NCBI RefSeq assembly: GCF_963921235.1
Contig: NC_086109.1
Span: 37,326,001 to 37,390,000 of the forward strand
DNA length: 64,000 bases
DNA from: Mobula hypostoma
Lineage: Eukaryota
Direction of reading: 5' to 3'
The position numbers and the translations under genes were made by a program. The notes beneath the pieces are model-generated. The model was not told the DNA's origin. It made no database searches and saw only the letters and a program-made list of their open reading frames with translations. Below are positions 12,701 through 24,844 of the stretch, in pieces (the stretch's first letter is position 1; every line of letters starts with the position of its first letter).

Positions 12701-13996
12701 TAATGAACAAAATGTGATTCTCAATGAAGTAGCATTGGAAATCCAAGTAATAAATATGAATTCCATGCAGATTGGAGAATGGGAAATTTAAAAGCATTTT
12801 ACGGTGCTAATTTAGGTTACATTCATTGACACAAAATGTTGCATGATAAAGATAATACAGCATCTGCCAACATTTTTAAAAATAGGTTTGCAGCAGATTA
12901 GCTGCTAAAATCAGCCATGCCATTTGACACAACTATTTCGACACCAAACTGTCAAAGAGTTTACTATTGTGTGTATAAACCTCATTGACATAACTGAAGT
13001 TGATGGCTCAATTTTATTGCAGTTATTGAATAGCCCTGAGGTAAAGGAGTAGATTATAGCACATTACTTTGGACACAAGGTACAGGGTGCACATCAAAAA
13101 TACCTTTATTACTTTCTGTAGGATCTTTCCTTACAACTCAGTGGACAGTGATCCATTGAGCTCCTTTCTGTCACAGATTCTAATCCCTTCATATGAGTTA
13201 TGCTCCAACAGCATCTTCCAGACCTAGAATCTCAATTATACCGTATATTAAAAATCTTCAGATTTGAAAGGAACTATTTCAGTACAACATCTAAATACAT
13301 CACTGTATAATTACATCATCTAAACAAAAATAACATTTCTAATGTCTAACCCATTTCTTGGAGTCAAGAAAGATTACACAGTTGTGATTATGCAAACCAA
13401 TTTCAGCAGAAACTTAAGCCACAACTTATTCCTAAACTTAAAGGGCAAATTTCATTCTGGTTGCCAGTTTCATCTCCCAAGAGGAACTCCCCCTAATGAG
13501 ATTCAGTTCAAAATGATTTTAGTTCCTAACTTCCATCATAGGTCCAGCACTTTAAGATGTCGAAATAAATAAATCTCCAATAAATTTCAGAACTCCTAAT
13601 GGGACCATACAGCTGATCAAACTTGTGAAAGTTCACCCTAGAACTTCACCCCACTACACTTTAACTGTACCATTGTACTTTGTGTGCACTTTAATTATTT
13701 ATCAACTTGTTTTCAAAATTATTACTGAATCACTTTCTATCACCCTTATATGCAACAAACCCCAGATCATAGCCACTTGTTATTCTGAAGTCCTTATCTC
13801 ACCTCTGGCTCTTTTGAAAATTACTTTATATCTTTCTCCTCTGGATACCATCCCATCTGCCCTTGAAAATTAACTTCTGTTTTCTTTCCAAATAGAAGCA
13901 TTTAGAATTTTGAATGCCTCAATGTTTTAAGAGTAAATAAAATTAAAAATTTCTCCTAAGTTTGAAGATTTTAAGCAACTTTATTACCAAATAAAC

Positions 13997-14070
13997 TCTT
14001 CTCGGGCTTCCAGCTCGGTACAAATATCAATTTTAACCAACGTTTCAATGACAAACTCTGCCATCTTCTT
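13997..14070 (-). mobile_element. Short terminal fragment of a second Penelope-like family
   Basis: ttctcgggcttccagc...aacgtttcaatgacaaactctgccatcttc carries the revcomp GAAACGTT half of a hammerhead and is truncated before the CUGANGA half. Confidence 0.45.
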
Positions 14071-14268
14071 GACTTTGTACAATGGATAAAAATGAACCTA
14101 TTATGCCAAAAAAAGAGATTATTTTCATTTGAAAACCCTAAGTCTTTTGATGTTATATTATGAGTTAGTGGCATTCCTCTAAGATTGTCACAATAACAAC
14201 TCCATTGATCAGGCACATTATAACATTGGTAATGTTAAACAGGTAAATTTTACCAGATTATTCGATAT

Positions 14269-14690
14269 TACTTTATACTTTATACAAACGTTTATACTTT
14301 ATTGTCGCCAAACAATTGATACTAGAACGTACAATCATCACAGCGATATTTGATTCTGCATTTTCTGCTCCCTGGATAACAAATACTAAATATTAAAAAT
14401 ATTAAAACTAGTAAATACTAAATATTTAAATTATTAATCATAAATAGAAAATTGAAAAATGGAAAGTAAAGTAGTGCAAAAAAAACCAAGAGGCAGGTCT
14501 GGATATTTGGAGGGTACGGCCCTGATCCGGGTCAGGATCCGTTCAGCAGTCTTATTACAGTTGGAAAGAAGCTGTTCCCAAATCTGGCCATACGAGTCTT
14601 CAAGCTCCTGAGCCTTCTCCCGGAGGGAAGAGGGACAAAAAGTGTTTTGGTTGGGTGGGTTGTGTCCTTGATTATCCTGGCAGCACTGCT
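14269..14690 (-). mobile_element. Rex1/Babar LINE 3' end
   Basis: Tail (actttat)n then tttattgtcgcc. Revcomp coding remnant LLPSGRRLRSLKTRMARFGNSFFPTVIRLLN. Confidence 0.85.
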
Positions 14691-14765
14691 ATTATTATTA
14701 TAATATTATTATAATTATTATATTATTAAAATAATTATAATTATAATATTATTATACTATTATTT
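14690..14765. repeat. AT-rich (TAT/ATT)n low-complexity tract
   Basis: Visible directly in the sequence. Confidence 0.9.
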
Positions 14766-15064
14766 CTCCACTAATACCTTTTAAAGGGAGGGTGTGAACC
14801 AGATCCCAGTGAGTTACTGGGAAATGAAGGAATTAGGGCTCAGTAAACCAAATTCTGAATGATTTGGATTTCTGAGCAATCGAATAGTGGTTATTGGAGT
14901 TTTACTATATTTCAAATCTCTGCTCCTTTTCCATATCCATATGAGACCTCGAACAGGACAAACATGGCATGACAATTTTTATGGGAAGGGCAGCGTTATT
15001 CCCTCATCCTCATGCCCATCACTTTTTAAATTCTTTTGACACTGACTTGCACCAGAAATAATGT

Positions 15065-15225
15065 ACAGGGGTTAGCATGTCCTAAAGACGTAAGAGGAAG
15101 CTAGAGCACCCAGGAGAAACGCATGCAATCACAGTGAATACATACAAATTCCATGCAGACTGCACCCAAGACCTAGGACTAAACTGGGGTCACGGGATCT
15201 GTGAGGTAAAAGCACCAATTGGCTT
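15065..15225 (-). mobile_element. Decayed tRNA-derived SINE (V-SINE/HE1-like)
   Basis: gaggaagctagagcacccaggagaaacgcatgcaatcacag matches the SINE core at 41535-41580. Confidence 0.7.
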
Positions 15226-15533
15226 AACTTGGCCTTTCATTGCCATCATTGTTGCTTTCTGCTATAGACCCGTTGAGCCAATCCTAACAGCAGAAGGCAA
15301 TGTGGAGAGGGGTTTCCATCTTGGTGAACAGTCCCTTGGAACTCAGCATAAAGTTCTGTCTCTACATCGTGAAGCAAAAATCCATATGAACCAAATAGCT
15401 AATATGTTTATTAATAGGCTTGGGGAATATGGAATATAGTATAGAGAATATAGTATTCTCCAATGGTATTGGAGAAATAATTACTCCAATGACATTAGGG
15501 AATATATGTCAAAAATGGCACATAGTTATTTTG

Positions 15534-15743
15534 CAAACAAAAAGAATCTGCAGATGCTGGAAATCCAAGCAACACACACAAAATGCTGAAGGAGCTCAAC
15601 AAGCCAGGAAGCAACTAGAAAAAGAGTACAGTCAACATTTTGGGCTGAGACCCTTTGGCATGGCCTTTCAGCGAGTATCCTGCCAAACAGTCTTTTCCAT
15701 AGATGTTACCTGGCCTGTTGAGCTCCTCCAGCATTTTGTGCTG
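15534..15743. mobile_element. Palindromic Penelope-terminal mini-element
   Basis: Inverted arms cacaaaatgctgaaggagctcaac / gttgagctcctccagcattttgtg. Perfect 13-bp TSD catagttattttg (15521-15533, 15744-15756). Confidence 0.85.
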
Positions 15744-15974
15744 CATAGTTATTTTGGTTTATCTGTCAATAGATGGAAAAGATATATCCCATTCAACCAT
15801 ATATTTAGCAACAAAAGCACCATTTCCGAGGTATGAGCCTATAACTATACATCTAGTAAACTTATAAATAAGAGTACATTTTACTGAAACACGATTCTCA
15901 ATTGAAGTAATTTGATATAGAGAATATTGATAAATATGTTGAATTGATGGTAGACAAAATCCTTCATACATGGC

Positions 15975-16335
15975 TTCCTAATCTGTGGAATGCAACCTGA
16001 GCCAAGAAACTTCAGAGCATCCATCACAGCTGAGTGAGGAGGGAGAGAGTGGAAGACTGCCCAGAACGATAGAGACCATAGATGAATGTATGATTGAAGT
16101 CAAGGCACGGATTGGGATTGATGGAGAAAAAAATTGCTGGAAATGTTCTGTCAATATTCCACCAGAGGTAGTGACAGTGACGAATACTATTACGACATTT
16201 AAAAAACATTCAGATGGGTGCGTGGATAAGAAAAGTTCAGAGAAATATGGGATTAATGCAGGTAAATAGGACTGGCTGACTTGGAAGATTTGGACTGAAG
16301 AGCTTGTATTCCTTCCTGTATAACTCAATATCTTT
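15975..16335 (+). mobile_element. Decayed CR1 3' fragments
   Basis: aatctgtggaat..., PPEVVTVTNTITTFKKHSDGCVDKKSSEKYG, then a CR1-type tail. Confidence 0.65.
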
Positions 16336-16602
16336 ATTTTCACACAGCATAATTGGGACAAATTTAGAGTAGTAGTTTCACTGAACTGAACTCTGGTTCT
16401 GGAAGGAGATGGTGTGGTCAACGTGTCACAGAAGATGGAAAGGTCGAAAGCACGAGGAGAGTTAATATCCCATGGTCGGAATGAAAAAGAAAACATTGTG
16501 ACTTTTTCTCGGATTAATTAGATATTATGTCAGAAACAATATTCTAATGGAGGAGATCCTTGTGGAACTGCAAGAAAGATAGCAATGGCGATAAAAATTA
16601 AC

Positions 16603-17220
16603 ATTAGATTATGAAGACACACAGTCATCTTTTATTGTCATTTAGTAATGCATGTATTAAGAAATGATACAATATTTCCTCTGGTGTGATATCACAAAAC
16701 ACAGGACAGACCAGGACTGAAAAAAACTTACAAAAGCACATAATTATAACATATAGTTACAACAGTGCAACAATACTATAACTTGATGAAGAAGTCCATG
16801 AGCACAGTAAAAGTTCAAAGTCTCTCAAATGTCCCACATCTCACGCAGACGGGAGAAGAAAGAAAAACTCTCCCTGCCATACCCAACCACAGTCCGACTC
16901 TGAGTCATCCGAAAACTTCGAGCTCTCTCCGACACCGAGTGCTGAGCGCCATCCCTATCCGAACGATTCGACCTCCATCTCGGTCGCCAACAGCAGGCAA
17001 AGCCGGAGATTTTGAGGGCTTCCCTCTGAAAGATTCCCGACCGCGCAGTAATGACAGCAGTGAACGAGCGTTTCAGAAATGTTTCCAGATGTTCCTCTGT
17101 GCTTTCACATTCACCTCCATCAATTCGGAATTGTCCACGGCCCCTAATTAATGGATACAATATCATTTTTCACCGGAGGCCCGCGCATGCTTGGCGCTCT
17201 GTTTCTCTCTCCTCCCGCCG
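16603..17220 (-). mobile_element. About 620-bp non-coding retroposon-like element with Rex1-like tail (family B)
   Basis: Tail attagattatg...ttttattgtcatt. The first ~190 bp recur at 35870-36062. CpG-rich body; minus-strand 5' end reads cggcgggaggagagagaaacag. Confidence 0.7.
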
Positions 17221-18009
17221 TGGACAACAAATATCCTTATTTAAAGGATATTTGATGTTTGGCAAGAGGAGGCTTGACTTTTGAAGAGATAGTCAAGTAG
17301 TCCATTTTAAAAGGCTTGATTATAGAAACGTAGTATCTGGAAAGTCAATCAGAATAGAAGCTAAGAAAGGGTCAATGGTGTAATGGGAAAGATGTCAAAG
17401 AAGCCATAAGCAACCTGCATACAAGTCGTATCGATAACTATATTATTAGAATATAACATCAGTTCATAAAATAAAGAAGCAGGAGTATGACAGTTGGCAC
17501 TTTGCACCTGTTCCACCATTCATCGTTCATGGCCAAGTTGCTTCATTTCTATCTAGCACTTACATTAGTAAAATCATTGTAGTAAAATTGCTTTTTGAAA
17601 TCAACTTGGAGACAACAAGATAACCAAAATGTATGTTAAATGAAAATACCAAATTATTATAATATCCTCACCTTTAGTGGTATAGGCTATGCTCACCCAG
17701 TAAGACCATTTGTCACTTGGAGAATGGTATTTTCTACATGGAGCTGGATAAATTCATCCATTTTAAAAATTCAGTCTCAGTCAGTTGAGCATTAGATCTT
17801 AAGATCACACTAAATAATTACACTTCTGGGTTTTGTACCTGCAAGACACACAGAAATTGATCGGTGCTCCTTGTGATACAATTATAGCTGTATTTCAGAG
17901 GACAATCTGCCATTAAATATAAGACTATAAGACCATAAGACATGGGAGCAGAACTAGGCTGTTTGGGCAGTATGAAATGTCCAGTTAAGATGTTGGACTG
18001 GAGCAAGAC

Positions 18010-18205
18010 CAGAATCTAAATCCTGGAGACAGAGCTAATTGTAGCATAGAGTTGGAAGGACATACTTCATCCCAGGAACAGAAGGAAGAAATGTACTGGT
18101 CTCACCAAGGATGTCTAGTTGGAGGTAGCCAAGAGGGTGAGAGGCAGCAGGGCTATTGTCAGTGATGGAAGCAACAGCTGGATGTATTAACCAGGTCAGG
18201 AAAAG
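18010..18205 (+). pseudogene. Decayed Myb/SANT-like gene of a PIF/Harbinger transposon
   Basis: 18053-18163 translates WKDILHPRNRRKKCTGLTKDV*LEVAKRVRGSRAIVS, then LTRSG near 18187. Resembles Harbinger Myb/SANT (R.DVL.P...RK....TK.AW.EVA..V....V.R...DLTRS). Confidence 0.55.
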
Positions 18206-18229
18206 TCAGGACGCTTGGTCAGGACCATC

Positions 18230-19803
18230 AGCCAGGGCCAGATGGTCTGCATCCTAGAGTGCTTAAGGAAGTAGCCCAAGAAATAGTGGATGCATTAGTG
18301 ATAATTTTTCAAAACTCGTTAGATTCTGGACTAGTTCCTGAGGATTGGAGGGTGGCTAATGTAACCCCACTTTTTAAAAAAGGAGGGAGAGAGAAACCGA
18401 GGAATTATAGACCAGTGAGCCTAACGTCGGTGGTGGGGAAACTGCTGGAGTCAGTTATCAAAGATGTGATAACAGCACATTTGGAAAGCGGTGAAATCAT
18501 CGGACAAAGTCAGCATGGATTTGTGAAAGGAAAATCATGTCTGACGAATCTCATAGAATTTTTTGAGGATGTAACTAGTAGAGTGGATAGGGGACAACCA
18601 GTGGATGTGGTATATTTGGATTTTCAAAAGGCTTTTGACAAGGTCCCACACAGGAGATTAGTGTGCAAACTTAAAGCACACGGTATTGGGGGTAAGGTAT
18701 TGATGTGGATAGAGAATTGGTTAGCAGACAGGAAGCAAAGAGTGGAAATAAACGGGACCTTTTCAGAATGGCAGGCGGTGACTAGTGGGGTACCGCAAGG
18801 CTCAGTGCTGGGACCCCAGTTGTTTACAATATATATTAATGACTTGGATGAGGGAATTAAATGCAGCATCTCCAAGTTCGCGGATGACACGAAGCTGGGT
18901 GGCAGTGTTAGCTGTGAGGAGGATGCTAAGAGGATGCAGAGTGACTTGGATAGGTTGGGTGAGTGGGCAAATTCATGGCAGACGCAATTTAATTTGGATA
19001 AATGTAAGTTATCCACTTTGGTGGCAAAAATAGGAAACCAGATTATTATCTGAATGGTGGCCGATTAGGAAAAGGGGAGGTGCAACGAGACCTGGGTGTC
19101 ATTATACACCAGTCATTAAAAGTGGGCATGCAGGTACGGCAGGCGGTGAAAAAGGCGAATGGTATGCTGGCACTTATAGCGAGAGGATTCGAGTACAGGA
19201 GCAAGGAGGTACTACTGCAGTTGTACAAGGCCTTGGTGAGACCACACCTGGAGTATTGTGTGCAGTTTTGGTCCCCTAATCTGAGGAAAGACATCCTTGC
19301 CATAGAGGGAGTACAAAGAAGGTTCACCAGATTGATTCCTGGGATGGCAGGACTTTCATATGAAGAAAGACTGGATGAACTGGGCTTGTACTCGTTGGAA
19401 TTTAGAAGATTGAGGGGGCATCTGATTAAAACATATAAAATCCTAAAGGGATTGGACAGGCTAGATGCAGGAAGATTGTTCCCGATGTTGGGGAAGTCCA
19501 GAACAAGGGGTCACAGTTTGAGGATAAAGGGGAAGCCTTTTAGGACCGAGATTAGGAAAAACTTCTTCACACAGAGAGTGGTGAATCTGTGGAATTCTCT
19601 GCCACAGGAAACAGTTGAGGCCAGTTCATTGGCTATATTTAAGAGGGAGTTAGATATGGCCCTTGTGGCTACAGGGATCAGGGGGTATGGAGGGAAGGCT
19701 GGGGCGGGGTTCTGAGATGGATGATCAGCCATGATCATAATAAATGGCGGTGCAGGCTCGAAGGGCCAAATGGCCTACTCCTGCACCTATTTTCTATATT
19801 TCT
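18230..19803 (+). mobile_element. Young 5'-truncated CR1 LINE, same subfamily as 1366-3223
   Basis: ORFs 18259-19053 and 19080-19715 cover the RT core (KFADD) and C-terminus with one frameshift near 19006. Tail tttctatatttct. Confidence 0.95.
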
Positions 19804-19879
19804 GTGATCACGAGCTTTAAAATAGATCATTCTCACATCTTCACCTAATATTACCAAACTCCTCATGCCCTTCCTCATG

Positions 19880-20400
19880 CAACACGTCACCATCAGGATC
19901 TAAGCACAGAAAGATTGCCAGGGAATCTGCTAGCAGTTCATTGCCGGATATAATGGATTCATACTGTTGATCAGATTGCCAGTTGATTGCACCATGTGCC
20001 TGAAGTAATTTAACCAAGGAGATGGATCTAATTGTCCCTCTATTCTGTGTTTTGACATCCTGGGCAAATTCACATAATTAGAAACTTTGACAGACAAGCC
20101 AAGAGTGACTAGTCTTATGAATTTAAAACTGTTTGGCCTTCAGACAAGGCACAGACTAGTTCTTCCTTTTATGGGCTTCAGGTCTCTGGTACTGACTGAC
20201 ATCACAAACTGTGCTGGGTAGCAGCCTTTGTCTATAAATTGAATGAAGCAGAGATGCTTCCTAAGACAGCCTTTCTCCTCCAACCTGACTCTCTCCCTCC
20301 TAAGCACCCTTACCACTACTTGTGCAACTTCTTCTTTATTTCTATTCAAATGCAGCTCTCTCATGCTTACAACTCTCCTGTGCAACTCTAATGCATGAAA
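19880..20400 (-). pseudogene. Highly decayed HARBI1-like (Harbinger DDE) transposase
   Basis: Revcomp gives EEKGCLRKHLCF (cf. SEEQCLRRLRF), DLKPIKGRTSL (cf. DLQP...RTAL), LQAHGAINW at 19979-20005 (cf. PQVQGAIDC) and RFPGN at 19914-19928 (cf. RFPGS.HD), in the expected order. Confidence 0.5.
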
Positions 20401-20544
20401 ATATCTTTGATGCAACTTGTCTTCTGCATTTTTCTTATACATATTGTGAACCCATTACACTGCCATTAGTTCTTTGAACTTGTTCCAATCCAAATTAATC
20501 AGAGTTAATACAAACATTTTAATAACATATTTCATAATCCATAA

Positions 20545-21150
20545 ACCATAAGACCATTAGATATACGAGCAGAATTAGGTATTTGGCCCATCCTGGCCTT
20601 ATAACTCACTGATTGTCGAAGTAGAACAGTAGGGCAGGAACAGGTCCTTCATCCCACAGAATGCTGAATTAAACTGATTCTCTTCTGTCTCTCTGTGATT
20701 CATGCCCCTATTCTCTGCATATCCATGTGTTAACAGTCACTTAAATGCCACTACTCTTTCTGCTTCCCCCACTCCTCTCAGCAATCAGGTACCTGCTCCA
20801 CTGTGTGTAAAAAAATAGCTTGCCCTGCATATCTCCTTTAAACTTTTCCCTTCTCACTTTAAAGGCATGTCAACTGGCTCTTGACATATCTACCCTAAAG
20901 ATTCTTTAGTCCACCCTATTCTTTAGACCAGCCAGCCTACCCCTACCCTACCTATGTCTCTCATAATCTTATAAGTTTCAAACGGGTCTCCAAACAGCTT
21001 CCGATGCTCCAGGAAAAACAACCCAAGTTTGTCCAACTTCCCCTTGTAGCTAATACACTCCAGTCCAGGCAACATCTTGGTAAACCTATTCAATACTCTT
21101 TCCAAAGCCTCTGGGTCCCTCCTGGAATGGGCCAACGAGTATTGTGCACA
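20545..21150 (-). mobile_element. CR1 3' fragments, two stacked tails
   Basis: ccataaaccataagacc tail; ORF 20923-21135 ALERVLNRFTKMLPGL. Confidence 0.8.
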
Positions 21151-21229
21151 TATGGCCCACTATCTTTACACTTTCATGGAGAGTTTGCAAATATCTGTAA
21201 TCGTATCTGTAATTACTTCAGATACTGCC

Positions 21230-21545
21230 GATACCACCCAGATCCAGGGAGATCTAGATTCATTCCTGGCCTGAGTTACTATCTGTATGCAATTTGCATA
21301 TTTCCATTTTGTCCACATGAAATACTCCCTCGTTGAATCTGAAGAATCAATGCACTGGTACTGGTTAATTGGTTATTGTATATTTCCCCTGGTGTAGGTA
21401 AGTGGCAGAAAAATCAGGGGAGAGTTGATGGACAGGTGATAAAATAGGTCATAAGGAAATATTGTGGGATGAATGGAATTATTGGAAGTATTCTTTGCTG
21501 GCACAGATGGAAAGGGCCAGATCGCCTCCTTCTATGTCATAAGGG
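21230..21545 (+). mobile_element. Decayed SINE with CR1-type tail
   Basis: tctgtatgcaatttgcatatt core, ggttaattggttattgta, tail ggcacagatggaaagggccagatcgcctccttctatgtc. Confidence 0.6.
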
Positions 21546-23012
21546 AAGTTGGGAGTATAAGGTGCTTCCTCAGTGAATTAACTGCAATTTAAATATTATC
21601 CCCTCTTTCTGGCCTGCATTCTACACCATCAAATCTTTTTCACTATTTTAATCATTTTAATCTTTAACCATGAACTTTCTAAATGAAGGAAATCTGAGTC
21701 AAGCACATGCACAACTTATCCATTCATGCAATCAATGATTAATTTCCAATCTTTGATGCCGTACTAAAGTTTAGACAAACTAATCTCAGGAAATAAATGA
21801 GCACTGCATTTTGTTATGCATAAAATGCAAAATACGCCTGTACTCATTTAGCACCGCTAATGAATCAAACTACAAAAGCATAATAAGTAACTAGATAATA
21901 AATAATTATTTGACAGAAGTGACCAGAATCTATTCCATACCATTTGTCTATCTCAATAGAGGTGTTTGTTATTCAGAATGATCGTCCAACAAAGGTAACA
22001 TTTGTGGAGAGAGAAAACAGAGAAAGCATTTCAACTTAGCAATCGGATATATTAATACTTTTCCTTTCTTCAAAGAAGCTGCATTACCTGTTAGTTTGTC
22101 CAACATTTTCTGTTTTGATTTCAGATTTACAGCACCATTTAAATCCCTTTACAACAATCAAGCTTTTGTTTTTTGGTCCAATGACAGACACAAGGATTTA
22201 TTTAAAACTCCCTGTTACAATGTTAGTGTACAGTATTTTGGTATATTAGAATATTTAACAGAGTTTGCCAAGTGAATGGATATCAAATCAATCTTGAAAA
22301 ATTGTGGCTATATTTCAGTACCAATTAGAACAATGACGTTGGGAAACCTGAGAGCAAGATGCAGTATTTTTTAACTAAAGTATGAATTGATGATGGAACT
22401 ACATAGCAACATAAAGTTACAAGTAAAGCAAATCCCTGGATTTCAATGTGCAGTGAGGGGAGGAAGAATGGACGAGAAAGTGAGGAGATGGAAAGAAGAG
22501 AGGGAGGGTATCAATAATGTGTACTACATGAAGCATACTGTTTTTTTTAACTTAAACCACAGCTAATGATAAAAGCTGCAATCAGCTTTACCCTATGATG
22601 AGGTCAGACACTAATGACTTTGTGTTATTATTACATCAAAGCAAATGTTTGTTGCTAATGTACTTGATACAAAATGACAAGAATACAGAGTAAGAATATT
22701 GTTATAATTGTCATAACTTGTTATAATGTGAAATAATTAAAAGTGGTGTTTGATTAAATGGCAGCTCTCAACTAATGTAAAAGTGACTTTGTAGTCTTGA
22801 AATCTGTGCATATTAATGAAGAAAAAAAATCATATTGCATACTATTTCATGCTGTAAGAGGTCTGCAGCATGATAACAGCTTGAACCGTGTAGAATCTGA
22901 CCCATTTTTATAGTAGGTATGCAATCCATGTCAGCACTAGCCAGTTCAGAAAGATTCACCTGCAAACTTCAAGGAAAATATCAACATGAAATTCATAAAC
23001 TGCAGATTTTGA

Positions 23013-23105
23013 ATCCTGATGAAAAGTCTCAACCTGAAATGCCAGCTGTCCATTTACCTCCATAGATGCTGCCTGGCCCATCAAACTCCTCCAATATTTG
23101 ATGTA
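23013..23105 (+). mobile_element. Penelope-terminal fragment starting at a decayed hammerhead
   Basis: tcctgatgaaaagtctcaacctgaaatg...ccatagatgctgcctggcc. Confidence 0.7.
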
Positions 23106-24039
23106 TTACTACAGGTTTAATTTTTTGGCTGCTGGATCTTTCCCAACCCTCAGACAAAATTTACTTAATCTGGAAAACAAACATGTGAAAATACAGCTGA
23201 ACATTCAACTTGCAGGCAATATCTGATCCAAAAATCTCATTGTGTAATGATTCAGAAAAAAAGCATCATTACTCCATTGCACATTGCCAATTTTATAATT
23301 ACTGCCAAGGTTGATAGAAATGTTTAGAGCAAGAGCCTCGGCCCAATATCCAGAACAATAATTTGTGGACACAATAAATACAAAGGTGGGTGCTGCCAAA
23401 TTTCTAAACGATTAAATGAGAAAAGCATATCACAAACTATTTATAAAGCCCTGACCATGAAAGTGGAAGATGAACAATCCTTCTTCCAGAATGATGATTT
23501 TCAGCAAAGAAATAATTTAAAGATAAACATTCTCTTCTTAATTTAAACTTCATCTTTTACAGAAGGAAAGATATTCTTTCCTTCCATGTCAGAAAAAAGA
23601 TGAATGAAACTCCAACTTCTGAATCTATTATGTGGCTACTCTAAAAATCAATAGGACTGCCGTAATTACAAAAGAATGTATTATACAATCTGATTTAGAA
23701 ATATCAATTTGAGAAAAATAATGAAGAATCGTTTATTTGAAATAAGATCAAGGAAATCAATTAAATGGGTAATATAAGATTCAGAGGAAGGAAGATTAAA
23801 AGGTTTGTAATTTTTTTTCACTGAGGGCTCCTGTGTCAGAACATTAGGATAGTGCTTTTGTCATTATGACAAAATCCAAACTACTGAACTTATTGTAACT
23901 GCACCACCATTGTCTAGCTGTCAGGAATGTTTAATGAAGATCATTTTAGTAATTTTCACATGTATGCATACTTATACTGGAAAATGTGAAAGTGAAGATT
24001 TCTCATCACATCACTAGGAGAGTTATTCACAGTACAACT

Positions 24040-24392
24040 TTTTTTTAATTTATTCACTTATGGGATGTGGGCATCGCCATCTAAGCCAGCATTTATTGCC
24101 CATCCCTAGTTGCCCTTGAGAAGGTGGTGATGAGCTGCCTCTTGGACTGCAGCAGTGCCTGAGGTGTAGGTACACCTACAGTGCTGTTAGGAGGGAATTC
24201 CACGATATTGACCCAGTGACAATGAAGGAACTGCGATATGCTTCCAAGTCAGGACGGTGAGTGACTTGGAGGGGGATTTCCAAGTGGTGGTGTTCCCAGG
24301 CATCTGCTGTTCTGGTCCGTCTAGATGGTAGTGGTCGTGGGTCTGGAAGGTGCTGCCTTTGGAACTTTGGTGAGTTGTTGCAGTGCATCTTG
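24040..24392 (-). mobile_element. 3' end of a CR1/L2-group LINE of a distinct family
   Basis: Revcomp tail gggcaactagggatgggcaataaatgctggcttagatggcgatgcccacatccc...aataaattaaaaaaaa, with coding remnant SWNSLL. Confidence 0.75.
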
Positions 24393-24844
24393 ACTACATT
24401 CTACAGGTCTCCCACACTAAAGCTGAAAATTTAGCTTGTTGTTCCTTCACTGGATTATAGGGAGAAGAGCAAGAATAAGATAATTAACTTTGGTTTTATT
24501 TAACCAAGTGAAATGTATTTAACTGGTTTTAATCTTTTTCTGTTTCTGAATGTTATAACATTATTTTTAAAACATATTTAATTATCTAATAACTGTGTGG
24601 CTTCAAGAACAATTTCCAGCTGATCAGCAAAAATGGGAGGACAGCATTAGTGTGAAGTGAAGAGTATATTCTTTAATTTAATTATCAAATGTGAATTTTG
24701 CAGATAAGTCAGCATTTACAGGTCAACCCTAAATGCCATGAGAGGTAATGGGAACATATGGAAGCTAGAGAAAGAGAGGTAAGGACTGGTGGTTGGTTAC
24801 TGCAACGTATTTGTCCGGACAGCCACTGTCTTGTTAATGAAAAC

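Noticed and set aside
13110..13260. Possible host exon after tttctgtag
   Set aside because: No recognisable protein, stop codons in the frames I checked and no clear donor site.
14240..14910. Possible Tigger/Tc1-like MITE around the Rex1 fragment (right end ggagttttacta-ta)
   Set aside because: The left TIR is too degenerate to confirm.
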